From positions 62,001-126,000 of the forward strand of contig NW_020846086.1 in the NCBI RefSeq assembly GCF_003704095.1: a DNA stretch of 64,000 nucleotides. Reading direction: 5' to 3'. The notes under the pieces were generated by a model, which was given only the letters and a program-made list of their open reading frames with translations, had not been told where the DNA came from and did not search any database. Position 1 is the first letter of the stretch. Every line of letters starts with the position of its first letter. Positions 1 through 11,237 of this stretch are shown in pieces. The position numbers and the translations under genes were made by a program. Source of the DNA: Pocillopora damicornis (lineage: Eukaryota).

Positions 1-179
1 AGCATGAATAAATGTGCTTTATTGATTTTTAACTAAACTATCGGAATACATTTTTTGGCAGAAAAATCTGATTCTAAACTAGTGCGAGTGGAAATTTTTA
101 AGTATGATTGCGCATTTCCAAGTACAGTATCATCTAAAAAATAAAGAAACTTCTTCTTGAATGGAAACTATTTTTTTTC

Positions 180-340
180 AGGTAATTTAGTGTCAACAAC
201 TGGGTTGAAAACGTAAATTAGCCACCGTAAAGGGTAAAAAAGCTGACGTTTCGAGCGTTAGCCCTTCGTCAGAGCGATTAGAGGAATCGTGGGTTGTGTG
301 TGGGTTTATATGCAGAAAGTGGAGCTACGCCATTGGTGGG
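180..340 (-). mobile_element. Penelope-like retroelement terminal (pLTR) fragment
   Basis: Minus strand reads CTGACGAAGGGCTAACGCTCGAAACGTCAGC followed by TTTACGGTGG..AATTTACG, a motif arrangement I recognise from cnidarian Penelope-like repeat ends. No ORF. Confidence 0.55.
241..277 (-). ncRNA. Minimal type-I hammerhead ribozyme
   Basis: Minus strand: GCT-CTGACGA-A-GGGC-TAAC-GCTC-GAAAC-GTC-AGC. This gives the CUGANGA and GAAA cores, stem II GGGC/GCTC, a minimal palindromic stem III (ACGT), a GUC cleavage triplet and stem I GCT/AGC. Confidence 0.65.
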
Positions 341-384
341 AGATTTTTTTTTCATCCCAGCATGCTTTACAGTGAAACTCATAC

Positions 385-457
385 CTTCATCTTGATGAGC
401 GGGCTTCCCTAGCACGATTAATGCGTGAACGAGAAACAGAATGATCTCGAAGTTCAT
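385..457 (-). CDS. First coding exon (signal peptide) of a secreted or membrane protein gene that continues off the left edge; possible paralog of the adjacent EGF-ZP gene
   Basis: ATG at 457 reads MNFEIILFLVHALIVLGKPAHQDE-G, then a phase-1 donor G|GTATGA at 384. An acceptor (tttttctaccag) lies upstream, and there is an upstream donor GTAAGT near 716, probably ending a 5'UTR exon. The 73 coding nt match the length and phase of exon 1 of the ZP gene. Confidence 0.55.
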
Positions 458-3400
458 GTCCAGATGGATTTTTGTTCTGGTAGAAAAATAAAGTATCTAT
501 TGTATAAGCAAATTATCATTTTCTAGCGGAACCCCTAAAAAAAGCATTGCTCAAACTTAATTTCTTAAATTCCGTCGCTGAGAGGAGTTTTTTTTCTTTT
601 TTTTCGTTCGAGACGAGAGTCACCGACGCAGGAGAGATGATTAACTACTAACTTTAAAAGAGGAAGAAATCAACCAATATGATAATTAAAAATGATAGTT
701 AAGTTAAGAAACTTACCACGTAAAGGTCTCTGAGTAGTGTGTGGCCTTAAGTTTTAAGAATTTGTCGGAGTAACTTGCCTGTGCGGGGCAGCACGTATTA
801 TGTATTCCCCTGACAAGAGGAGTGGCCACATATTACTTGTCAGAATCATTATCTAAATCTACAAGTCTATCGACACAAATGCAAACTCTATGAACAGTAG
901 CAAATGTTGTCTCAGCGGTGGCTTTCCAGGCCTTCTTTTGTTTTAGCATCATAGCTAAATGTACAGTGGACAAAACCAGCGGGTGGAAACAAAAGACTAT
1001 GTAACCAGTAAGTTACACAGCCGGCCTAATAGATTAAACAAACTTTGCCATCGAGGAAGAAAACGAACGACTATGTGCTAACAGAACCTGAAAAAGTGAT
1101 ATGATATCAGAAATAATTATAAAAATCTCTACATGTTATCAAGATGATTTAGGACAAGATAGTGAGTCAGGGAAGTGCTACGTTTTACCAAAAGAAAATT
1201 TATCTTCCTTATGGGGAGTATTGCGAAAGACTTTGTTTCAGTTGCTTTCATTTGGATGGGGGAAGGCACTGACAGACTAAAAGTTTGGTGGTTTGTATTA
1301 GTGAACACGTGATATATATTTTATTTAGAACTTTGCTTGTGCGGCAGAATAGCACTTTTCATCTCTTCAAGTAATCAGCCCAATGCTTTACTCCTCCCCT
1401 TACTGTAGTTTGATCAGCATGTTAATCTACCTAGGCTTTGTCTACTTACGAAGAACATTCAATTTACCGACTTCCCTAAGCGCAATAAAAAGCGGGTTTT
1501 TTTTTTTTAAGGTTGTTGATAGGGATTTCTAATCATTTAACATTCGCGGACTTTATGAAGTCAATTCTGATTGGTTAATCTCGTGTTCTACAAAACGCCA
1601 CATTGGAACAGACTCTTGCGCTTTAGACTTATGGTGTTTCACCGCTTCAAATGATAGCTATAGGTACCAACTTCAATGAGAAGTGGTAAAGGTAATTTTC
1701 ATACCATGCGCCTATTTCTCTTTTACATTTCGGTCAATATAGATTTCTCTATACTGACCGTACTGAATACGAGAGTTATTTACGATGAAGTTGCAGAGAT
1801 TTCATAGATCCACCGCCTTTAGAAGGGGGAAATTTTCGAGACGAAGAAAAAAAGCAAAACGACAATTTTACGACGCGGCAAATGGTGCAAGCCTGAAACG
1901 AATGCAGCAAAACAAAAAGCGATCGTGGCCACCTCCATGGTCCATTATGTAATTCTTGTTTTTCTTCACCTCAGATGCTACACTGGTACAAAAATCATGA
2001 ATGGTTTTAAAAGTACGTCCTTTGACAAAGTCATGCATGCACTTCGTATTTAGATTGCACGTCACCAAATGGTCAAGTCAATCATGAAGAGAAGTATGCA
2101 CAAGAGCACAACCCCCTCGAAAGCGGATTACAAGCGGAAGAAATTGATATTTCAAATTTTGAAACGACAATAATAGTCATATCCATTCGACGCAGCACAA
2201 CGTTAGTTAGAAATTTAAAGCAGTTGACTCACAAGTATCTCGTCCATTTCTGTCAAAATACAACGCGTGATCATAAACTAAACTCTGGACGCGCGATTTC
2301 GTCTCTCTAGCAGCTTGGAGGTGAATAATACATGCTAGTCACCTTCTGCTGGCCAATCAACGCACGCTTTGAGTATTTTTCACCCTATGGATATACTATT
2401 GCTTTTTACTTGAGTCCCCTTAACCTCCCATTTCAGTCTGGTGGTCTTTTGATGAAGGATTTGTTGGACCCTCATGCACAGATTGAGGAGAATAGTAACA
2501 GAAGCACTACCGGTCATTAAAATCCATTTTAATCTACTTGTGTGATAATTACATATCCCCCTCTCATGGATTCACTTTTGCCGGGCTTATATTTGGCATT
2601 TTTTTATTTTTCTCTCCCGTTAAATTTCCCCTTTTAAGTGTTAAAGATCGTAGCCTGAGCAGAAGGAGAGATTTGCAAAGGGCGTCGACTGCTAAGTTGT
2701 GCAGTATGGCCTATGCAGCTGTACTAATTTGTACTGTATCCTTGCCGTTAACGACCGTTCTTGATTTGTTGAAACTTTTCTTGAAAATTTCCTTATATCA
2801 AACCTCATGCGCCTTGCTGTTATGTACTGTGCATCCACTGTGAGGAGCTCTGACAATAAGAAACTCGCCGTCAAGAATTGTGCTCATGAGACGTGGCTTT
2901 AAAGACAACTAACGCGTTAATGAGCATTTTGTGGTTTCAGATTACCATTTTTAACGATCCTTAGAAATGATATTCTATCAAATACTTAAATAATTTAATT
3001 AACTGCAGATGAACGCTCCAAATACAGGATCCGTGACGAGCATGAAAGTCTTATAGCTGAAGGTATGTAACCGCTTAATGATTCTTTCCGTTATTGAATA
3101 TTCTGTGTTTCTTTTATTCCACTCAGCCACTTAGTGAGATTGTTTAGGGACCTTTCACAGACAAGTCCTCGAGTAGACTTTGAGTACATATGTTTTTTAT
3201 TGCGCAGCTCTTACAAATTGGGGTTTTCGATCCATCTAAATACCAAGTGAGTTATAAGTTCCGTAAAGTGATAGGAAGAGCATTTTTTTAATTTTTAAGA
3301 AGCAACTATGGGTCTTCCAGTGTTAGTAAACGTTGGTTTTTGCATTCATCAGGGTGCGCTCAATATTACAGTTATCCTATAAAGCAAAATATCTCCGGAG

Positions 3401-3589
3401 AAAAAAAATGATATCTTGATTTTTTCACGATAATTATTCAAAAGAAGACAGTAAAAAAGTACAAAATTACATATTTCTTGTCGGATGAAGTATGAAATCC
3501 ATCCTAAAGTGGTTACAGAGAGACATACATTTTAACAAGAACAGCATCAACACTGAGCAATTGAGGTCGGAAAATTCTCTATGACGTTA

Positions 3590-6500
3590 TCACTTCTGCA
3601 GGTCCTCGTAAAGTGGTATGAACTGCTTTGCGACTCTCTGTTTGTTCGAAGTGACCTTCAGCCATATCATCCCCATTAAGCACAATACGATAAGCACACC
3701 CAGCGAGGCTAAAACAGGCGCGTGGAAACCTGATGAAGGAAAAGTGAGAAAATCAAGATTAGCTTGATCGTGTTAGATCCTCGTCTGAGGAAGGTGGACC
3801 TTAAACAGAATGAGAGACACTTGTGGTGATGTTTCAAGCCAGTTATTGGGAAACTGATTGCTCGTTTGTCTAATCATCCGGATGAGAGTAGTCTTACAAC
3901 GGAGTTTCGTCCTTGACAAAGAGTTACTTATCAACACCCTAAGCTCATATCATTTTCATGAATCGATGGCAGCTGTTTTTAGGACCTCTCTCACCTAAAA
4001 GATTAACGAACACAATCAACTGTAACTCCTGAGCTAAAACCATCTGCCAAATAATACTTTTTCTCGATTTAAAATATATTTTGGTCTTCTGTCTAGATAA
4101 ATTTTCACCTCTCTGCTAGTAAATCCAAATGTTACAATGTGTTTACTTCAAATACTCGCCTGTTTTGAGTTTGAGCGTGTTCTTATCCAAGGCAACCGCT
4201 TCATCGACTTCTGCCTCCCTCTTATCGCGGTTCAGTGCGAGAGGACCCTGGGCCAAAGCATATATGTCATCCGGGTTGTCATGAAGGACCTTCTCGCTTC
4301 TTCGTCTTCTCTGTATGCAGCCTTGGGCACACCTTGAGGCAGGATCTGCGGCGTCACAGACCTGAACCTGGCAATGAAAAAACACATACGGGTGCTTGCT
4401 GACATATTGAAAGGCCTCAAGGCTCCAGCGCTGAGACTGGTTGCCGGGGCTGTCATGGAATTGAAGTGTGTCATCATCGTCGACCGAACACCTGAGAAAG
4501 TAATAAAGTAGGCTTAGTTTTGTAAACTTTGACGGCCACTAGTTCTAGGGTAAAACTCTCACGAGTCACTTCTCTTGATAAAGTTTTTACTTTTCTCTTT
4601 ACTAATAACTTCTGAGGTTTAGTTTTGTACGGTGGCCTTTAAGCGCCATTCTAAATAATGAAAAACAGTGGATATTAGTTTTGAAGCTATAACTAAGAAC
4701 CTAAAGCTATAACTAAGGATCCAAAGTTATAACTAAAGACAAAAGTTACAACTAAGGATCCAAATTTAGAACCACGGATCCAAAGTTTGTAAAGGTAACT
4801 TTGGATCCTTTGTAATGACTTAAACAACACGATCCAATTTTTTTTCATTCATGTAAAATGGCACTTACAGGCCATCGTCGTTTGATTACTTCATGAGAAA
4901 ATAGTTCGAGCGATTGGAGAGATACACGCCCTGTGATTGGTTTCAATGAATCAACGAATATTTTATTGAAGAAATGGAGGGAAGAATATTAGCACTCTTC
5001 CATGAAACTAGTAAAAGGATAAATGGTGTGGATTTGCCTTTCCCCCAGTGGACAAGTTGCGGGTTGTAGTTTTTATCGAGGAAAAATAAATAAAATTTAA
5101 AAAAAAAGGTACCTGCTGTTATAAACCACAAATATTACGAGAAATCAGTTATTCTTCTCATGCACAATTTTTCATGATACGGAAAAGTGTCACCTAGTCT
5201 CCGTCACTTTCAAATGGCGATGGATTTTTTTTTTGAGGCAAAACTTGAAAAGCTCTATAAAGTCCATTACTTTTAGACAAGCTTGCTGGACTTATGGCGC
5301 ATAATGACGGGTGAAATTTACATCATGAAAAATACCCACCCGTCTTTAATAATATCATATCTGGGCTGGGAATTCCTGTCCTGAGAGGGGGTGGCATAGC
5401 AGTCCAAGGCCAAAATTGACAATGTTGTGTCAATGGTGTCGACACGGGCTTCAAAGTACACTCGTTCACGGATTGTGAACTCGACAGGGAAGTCATCCTG
5501 AGAGAAGGGCGCAGTGAATCTGTTTGAACAAAAATGTGGAAATACGATTAGACCTTACCTCTCGTGCTGGAAAGCTACGTCTGTCGAGGACGTGAAAGTA
5601 ATTGTTGTTTTAGAAAAGCGATGTTCACACTTAGAAAAAACGTTATTGAAAGTATTTCTTCAAGGCATATGTTTGGAGATTTAGACACAATGTGGCGGTT
5701 AAGATTGATGATACATTGCATCAGAAGCAGAGTCTTATCAAAAATGCTTAAGATCCCTTTTTTAAATCAAGGATTATTGCGAAGATTTTACCATGAAAAT
5801 GTTCATTTTCCTGAATGGGTATTTTCTACAGAAAAGTTTTGTGCTTTTCCTCAGATTGAAAGCGAGTTTTTTTTTTAGTTATTGGGAAATAGCCCAATCA
5901 AATCCAATTACATTACAATTACTCATTTACTATTGTAAAGACTTGTCTTACTCTGGACTTCTGAACAAATCCAGACTGAGAGTGAACTTTCCAAATCCCT
6001 TTGAAGACAAAACAATCTTCGTGCTCGATGGTCTGATTCCAATGGAGGACACCACACCCCATTTGGAATAATAGCAGTGGAAGGGGATCATAGCATCGCG
6101 CACGCGTGTCACAATCTGGTTTTCTTTTATGGGGATTTCCGACACCATGTTGCTGTATATGGCATGATCCTTAGTATGCTTCAGAATTGTACCACATTCA
6201 TCGGTTTTGGTTTGAAGGAAAAAGTGAGTCTCGTTTTCAGTGGCTGTGCACTCTGGATCTATGAGCCTCAAATGCTCACGGTCTAAACCCAAAAGGAGAG
6301 ACTTGGGTAGAGTGATAGTCATCTCGTCCTGACCACAGTCTACTTCCACTCCTTCGGCTGTTGAAAAAAAGAACAGATTTCATTTCAAGGTTCTGCAGTG
6401 TTAAATCAAATGCCAAAAAGGACACAGACAGCATGAAGAATAAACTTGGAACCTTTATCGCCGAAATTTGGCTGCAAAATCAGGGTAATAATATAGCCAT

Positions 6501-8785
6501 AAGAAAGATTTTGTGCTGCACATAATTATATCGGCAAGAATAAGCTTATCATTGAGCAAAAGGGCCGATCTCCATAAAAAATTATTTTTACCACACACCT
6601 GTAAACTCTTAACAGTGATCATAAATTGATTGTGTTGTCTGATCTCCCAAGGGAGAGTGCAATTATTGTTGGAAGAGGTGACTAACGTTTCGAAAACCTT
6701 AATGGAATTCACCATGAGAAAGGAAATGATCATACATTACACGGGCGATTCCTGATAATCTTCCAAACATATTTCCTGTGGTTTTGTTCTACTTACCGAT
6801 ACAATGTCGCTGGTCTTGTGCAACGCTGAACTCTGGATCTGAGCAAGCGCAGTAGTAACTGCCATTGGTATTCACACAAATATCTTGACAGTGTCCATTC
6901 TGGTCCAGACACTCATTAACATCTGAAAGACAGAAGACGTTTCAACTAAAACAAAAGTCTCGTTAAATCAGTAGGAAATGTAATGATGTCTAATCTATGC
7001 CCAGCAAAGTAGACAAACGGACAATTAATCGTCTTAGCAGAGGTGTGATCTATAATAGTAAAAGGCCATTAACAATGGAATTTTGTTGGCGATTTGAGCT
7101 CAGCTTTCTTTCTTTCTGTCCATATTAGCTCTGATCTCCCGCCTCTCGTTATAATGACCCCATTATCGATCAAAGAGGACTAAATACCTTAGCTGAAGAA
7201 ATATTTAGATTTGAAAAAAGCTGTATGCCGCGGTTTTACAATTAGTGATACCCCTGACATCGCAGTGAACGTATTTTGCTCAAAACAGGGAAAATTATTT
7301 ATTTAGCATCCCTGTTCATTTAACTTAGCCGATAACAAAATGTCTGTCAATCATACGCGAGTCGGTTTAGTTTACCGAACCAAGATTAGTTGTGTCATCA
7401 ATGAGCTACTTGAGTCATACGCTTTTAATGCACGGACAAAGAAAAGTTCACCAACACAGCCACTGAACATCATATCCCCAAATTTTGGGTTTTGTGTTTC
7501 GAGAGAAGGACCAAAGCTCTTATATTGAGCTATAAAATAAAAAATATATCAAAATAACATGTAAATTTAAAAAAAAAGTTGTGGTTTTCAAGTCAATGAA
7601 TAGAATTTTTCAGGTTGGACAAACACTATTATTTTAGACGTTCGCCGTGGGCGTCTATTCAAATGCGTCTGTTTTGTTTCTAAACAGGAAAAAATTATCT
7701 ATTCACTACTCTGTACAATAATTAATCAAAAAGAAGGGTTAGAAAGAAACTTGAACTTTTGACGCCTAAAGGAAACTGTATCCACTACAAGCTTGCAATT
7801 TTTTTTTCCTAAGGGTGTTAGACGACGAATAGGAGAAGGGGAAATAGAGAGAGAAGGGAGGGGGAGCGGGGAGGGAGCTGGGACAAATTATCGATGATTA
7901 AAAAGAGTTACAAGTATGAAGGTCATTATTGTTATTATTATCAGAGCGAACCTAGCAAAATTTAACAATACAGTTAAGGTGTCAAATTGCCGTTAAACAT
8001 CAAATTTTCGAAAATATTCTTTAAATATTTTTTCATGAATATGTTAATAAATGAAACTCAGAACTCTATCGATGTCACATCATGACCGTTCTCTTTCTGC
8101 ACCTCGTTCCCCCCTCCCTTCTCTCCTGTTCTGTGATAAGTTCGAAAACGCATCAATTTAATAAGTAGAAGAAGAGTAATATTTCAAATCCAATATTTCG
8201 TTATAGTTGGCAGTAACAATACCAAGGGGATGAAATATTACTCCTATTTACTCAAATTGACGATGGTGATTGAATTATTGAGGGTTTGGCAGAGACTAAG
8301 GGATAAATAACCTCAGCTTGTCCTTCGCAAACTTGCATCAAAATTCTAATTGCTGGAGCTTGTGCATTACTTGAGCCATTTCCTGCTAAAATGTCAAACT
8401 ATCAGTAAGATAATTTCAAAGATCGACGAAACTCTTTGAGTGAACAGTAGATTGTTGCCTGATCTTGGCCAAACAGGAAATTTTAGAAAATACAGCGGAG
8501 CTATTGTTAATCTCGACTTTGATTTCATTCGAAAACTCAAGTTTTTCCGAAGACCAGTATTTCTTTAAAGTTTCAGAAAGCTCTTTCGCGTTATTTGTAC
8601 GTTTTTCAAAGCGAAGTTCATTTTGTAGATATCATCAGTGCTGCAGTTAGTTCAAAGCTAAGTAATGTCAACAAGAGAATAAATAATCATCTATCATATA
8701 ATTATATCTTACCTTCATATCCTTTGGCAGAAATTGCAAAAAGCAGAAAGATGACATAGAACATTGTTTCTTGCTTCAACGTCAT
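3590..8785 (-). CDS. Ca-binding EGF + ZP-domain single-pass membrane protein (uromodulin/OIT3-like), 6 exons, 418 aa
   Basis: Exons 8713-8785 (signal MTLKQETMFYVIFLLFAISAKG), 6797-6922 (cbEGF DVNECLDQNGHCQDICVNTNGSYYCAC), 5952-6357 (ZP-N, VDCGQDEM..FHCYY), 5340-5519 and 4160-4491 (ZP-C, CYATPS, FFHCQVQVC..CAQGC, furin site RRRR), 3590-3729 (TM, tail, TGA). Total 1257 nt with consistent phases. Confidence 0.9.
4629..4878. mobile_element. MITE-like element with ~37-bp imperfect terminal inverted repeats and an internal ~20-bp tandem array
   Basis: Left end ACGGTGGCCTTTAAGCGCCATTCTAAATAATGAAAAA is the imperfect reverse complement of right end TTTTTCATTCATGTAAAATGGCACTTACAGGCCATCGT. Interior is about 5 copies of GGATCCAAAGTTATAACTAA plus one inverted copy. 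Confidence 0.65.
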
Positions 8786-11237
8786 CTTGAAGCCAATAAG
8801 TAAACAACGATACCAGTGTTTATTTGTACGCTGTAAACGCTCTCTCGCGATATACTGAGTGACCTCGAAGACTTTTCCGCATTGCTCATCTTAATGTAGA
8901 GTTTAACACGGTTTTCGTAGGTACCCGGAAAAACATGTATTGGATCTGAAACTTCTATTGTCATAAATACAATAGAGTAGCTTCTCTGACGAAAGCGTAT
9001 GACAATGCTTTAGTAGCTTCCCTCAGGAAAGTTGTAATTAGCAATTAGAATATAACAGGAAAAATTATTCGGGCATTTCATTTAAATCGTGTCAGAACGA
9101 GAGAATATCACGAGTCCCTAGTAAGTCACTTGGGACTCGTGTAAGACATGGAATTCAGAGAGTTTCTTGATTTGTTCCTCTGCGAGTAAACATGAAGTAT
9201 TTACGACTAATTTTGTGTCATTGCAGGCTGGTTACGGCTATCTAATGGCGCGTGTCGTAAATAAAGATTCTTGACCTGTGAACTCTACCCAATCATTTTA
9301 AAATGCAAGTCGTGGTAGAATTTGTAAATATCCTTAACAAAAGTTTTTTTTTTGTACTAGTCTTTGGTGTTCCATGGCAAAAAAAAAACATACATTTGAG
9401 AATCGGTATGAAACTGATAAGCTGGGTACACATTAATTTCTCCTTGATGTTCATGCATTTTGACACGATGAACAAACTCTTGTTGATAACACTCCAAGCG
9501 TGAGGCAACACAGATGCAAATTAGTTGTCAATAACGTGCTTCTTAAGCCGATTTAAAGAATCAGTGAATAGAGTAAACTTTGAAGGGCTTTCATTTCAAT
9601 TTTGGTCGGATCAAGAGTTCTTCTTTTCAGTGTTTATTCGTGAAATGCTCTTTGTCATGTCATGAAGAGCCCGAACGGGGTTAACCGATAAGCGGCAAAG
9701 GGCGTAAAAAATAAAACTGAATACCAACAAAACGCAAAAAAATATTGATTGGCGACAAGAAAATACTAATCGACAAGCGGAATGGTCCGCCATTATATTA
9801 TCCGTATTTGTTTTCAGGAAAAAGAGCATTTTAGTTCAGGAGGTAACCACTTTAATTTAAGATTCAATTAACTATAAAATTTTCTGTTCGTATATTTATG
9901 CATCTGGACTAGTGACGGTGTGGATTAATGGCAGCTGTCTTAATGATGCTTCTTCAGGAGAGAATAATGGGACTGAAAAGCTGGGTTATCTGTGTTTGTT
10001 CGACTGAAATTAAGTTTGGACATCGGACGTTGGTTTCCGAAGAAGTCCGGAGAGCTTAATTCTGAATTTTTTATTAGTATGAATTGCAGCAAAAACGTGG
10101 CAAAAGACCCAAAAAATTCCCTTTGTAAGGATGGAAGTACCATAAATCAGTGCGTTTTCGAAGACGTCTCGGAAAAAGATATTCGTTATTAAGAATTTAT
10201 AACGTATTAAAAAGGCTAAAGTGGGCGTGTTGCTCTCTGTCTCTCATCTTGATTACTTCGCAATAAAAGCTTTGGTGATTTTATCGGCACTTTATTGGCA
10301 AACAAAGGAGGAATAAATGATCATTTTTCTCATAGAAACCCGAGTTAATGAGGTTGAAGTGCAATGAAATGATGAGTCTTAAAATTGGCTAAAATACGTA
10401 ACAAATATGAATGATTATTTTACATTTTAATCATTAAGTGAGATTTACCGACTACCGACAAAGGTCGAAAATTTTAACCGACAAAGCAATCAAATTCTAA
10501 TTGTCACTTGGCTCGACTTAACCTCTTAAAACTAATATTACCCTCTCTGACACGACAATGACTGCATAAATTGATTGTAAAGTTACCTTATCAACGTCTC
10601 CCACAACTGAGACGTTCACGATAGTTTCAAGACAACTGCGACAAATGAATTACCCGGTGACTTCGATTCCCTTCTTGCGGAATATTTCAAGAATACAAAA
10701 GCTGGAGGTACTTTTGTTTGTCAAAAATGAACAGATATAGTCATTTGAAGATCATCGTAGTTCTCTTGTGGAATGAAATTACGTTTATCTAACTCGTTTT
10801 GGGAATAACTATCGGACAGAGCTGTATAATTTTAGTACTTCGTGTAGTATGCATGAATTAGCTGGTGGATCCCTCCTACAGACTTTATGTGATTTTTATA
10901 ACCATAAATAATTTCGCTCTGATTTGGAATCACATCCCCATTGCTGGTTGTCGATATTGTTACGGTCTCGGCTGTACATACTGCATCATTAAACACGCGT
11001 TTTCACTGAATTTTACCACTCAGGAGACCATTTGTAAGAAATTTTATTTGCAATATTTTCGTTTAATCGGGACAGCCTTATGATGTACGATTTTTGTAAC
11101 AAAATCAGACGTTATTTATATGCTAAAACTTGGATGGACGATCACTAAAGTCGTTTTGGCTTTAAAAGGTCATCCTCAACGGCATATTTTCAATTTGGTG
11201 CGCCTTTCCCATATTCTTCAACTCTCACACAGTCTGA

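Noticed and set aside
6640-6720. Second hammerhead or Penelope-like remnant (also ~3875-3965)
   Set aside because: At 6640-6720 GAAACGTTAG remains but the CUGANGA core is lost, and 3875-3965 is more decayed still; too degenerate to call.
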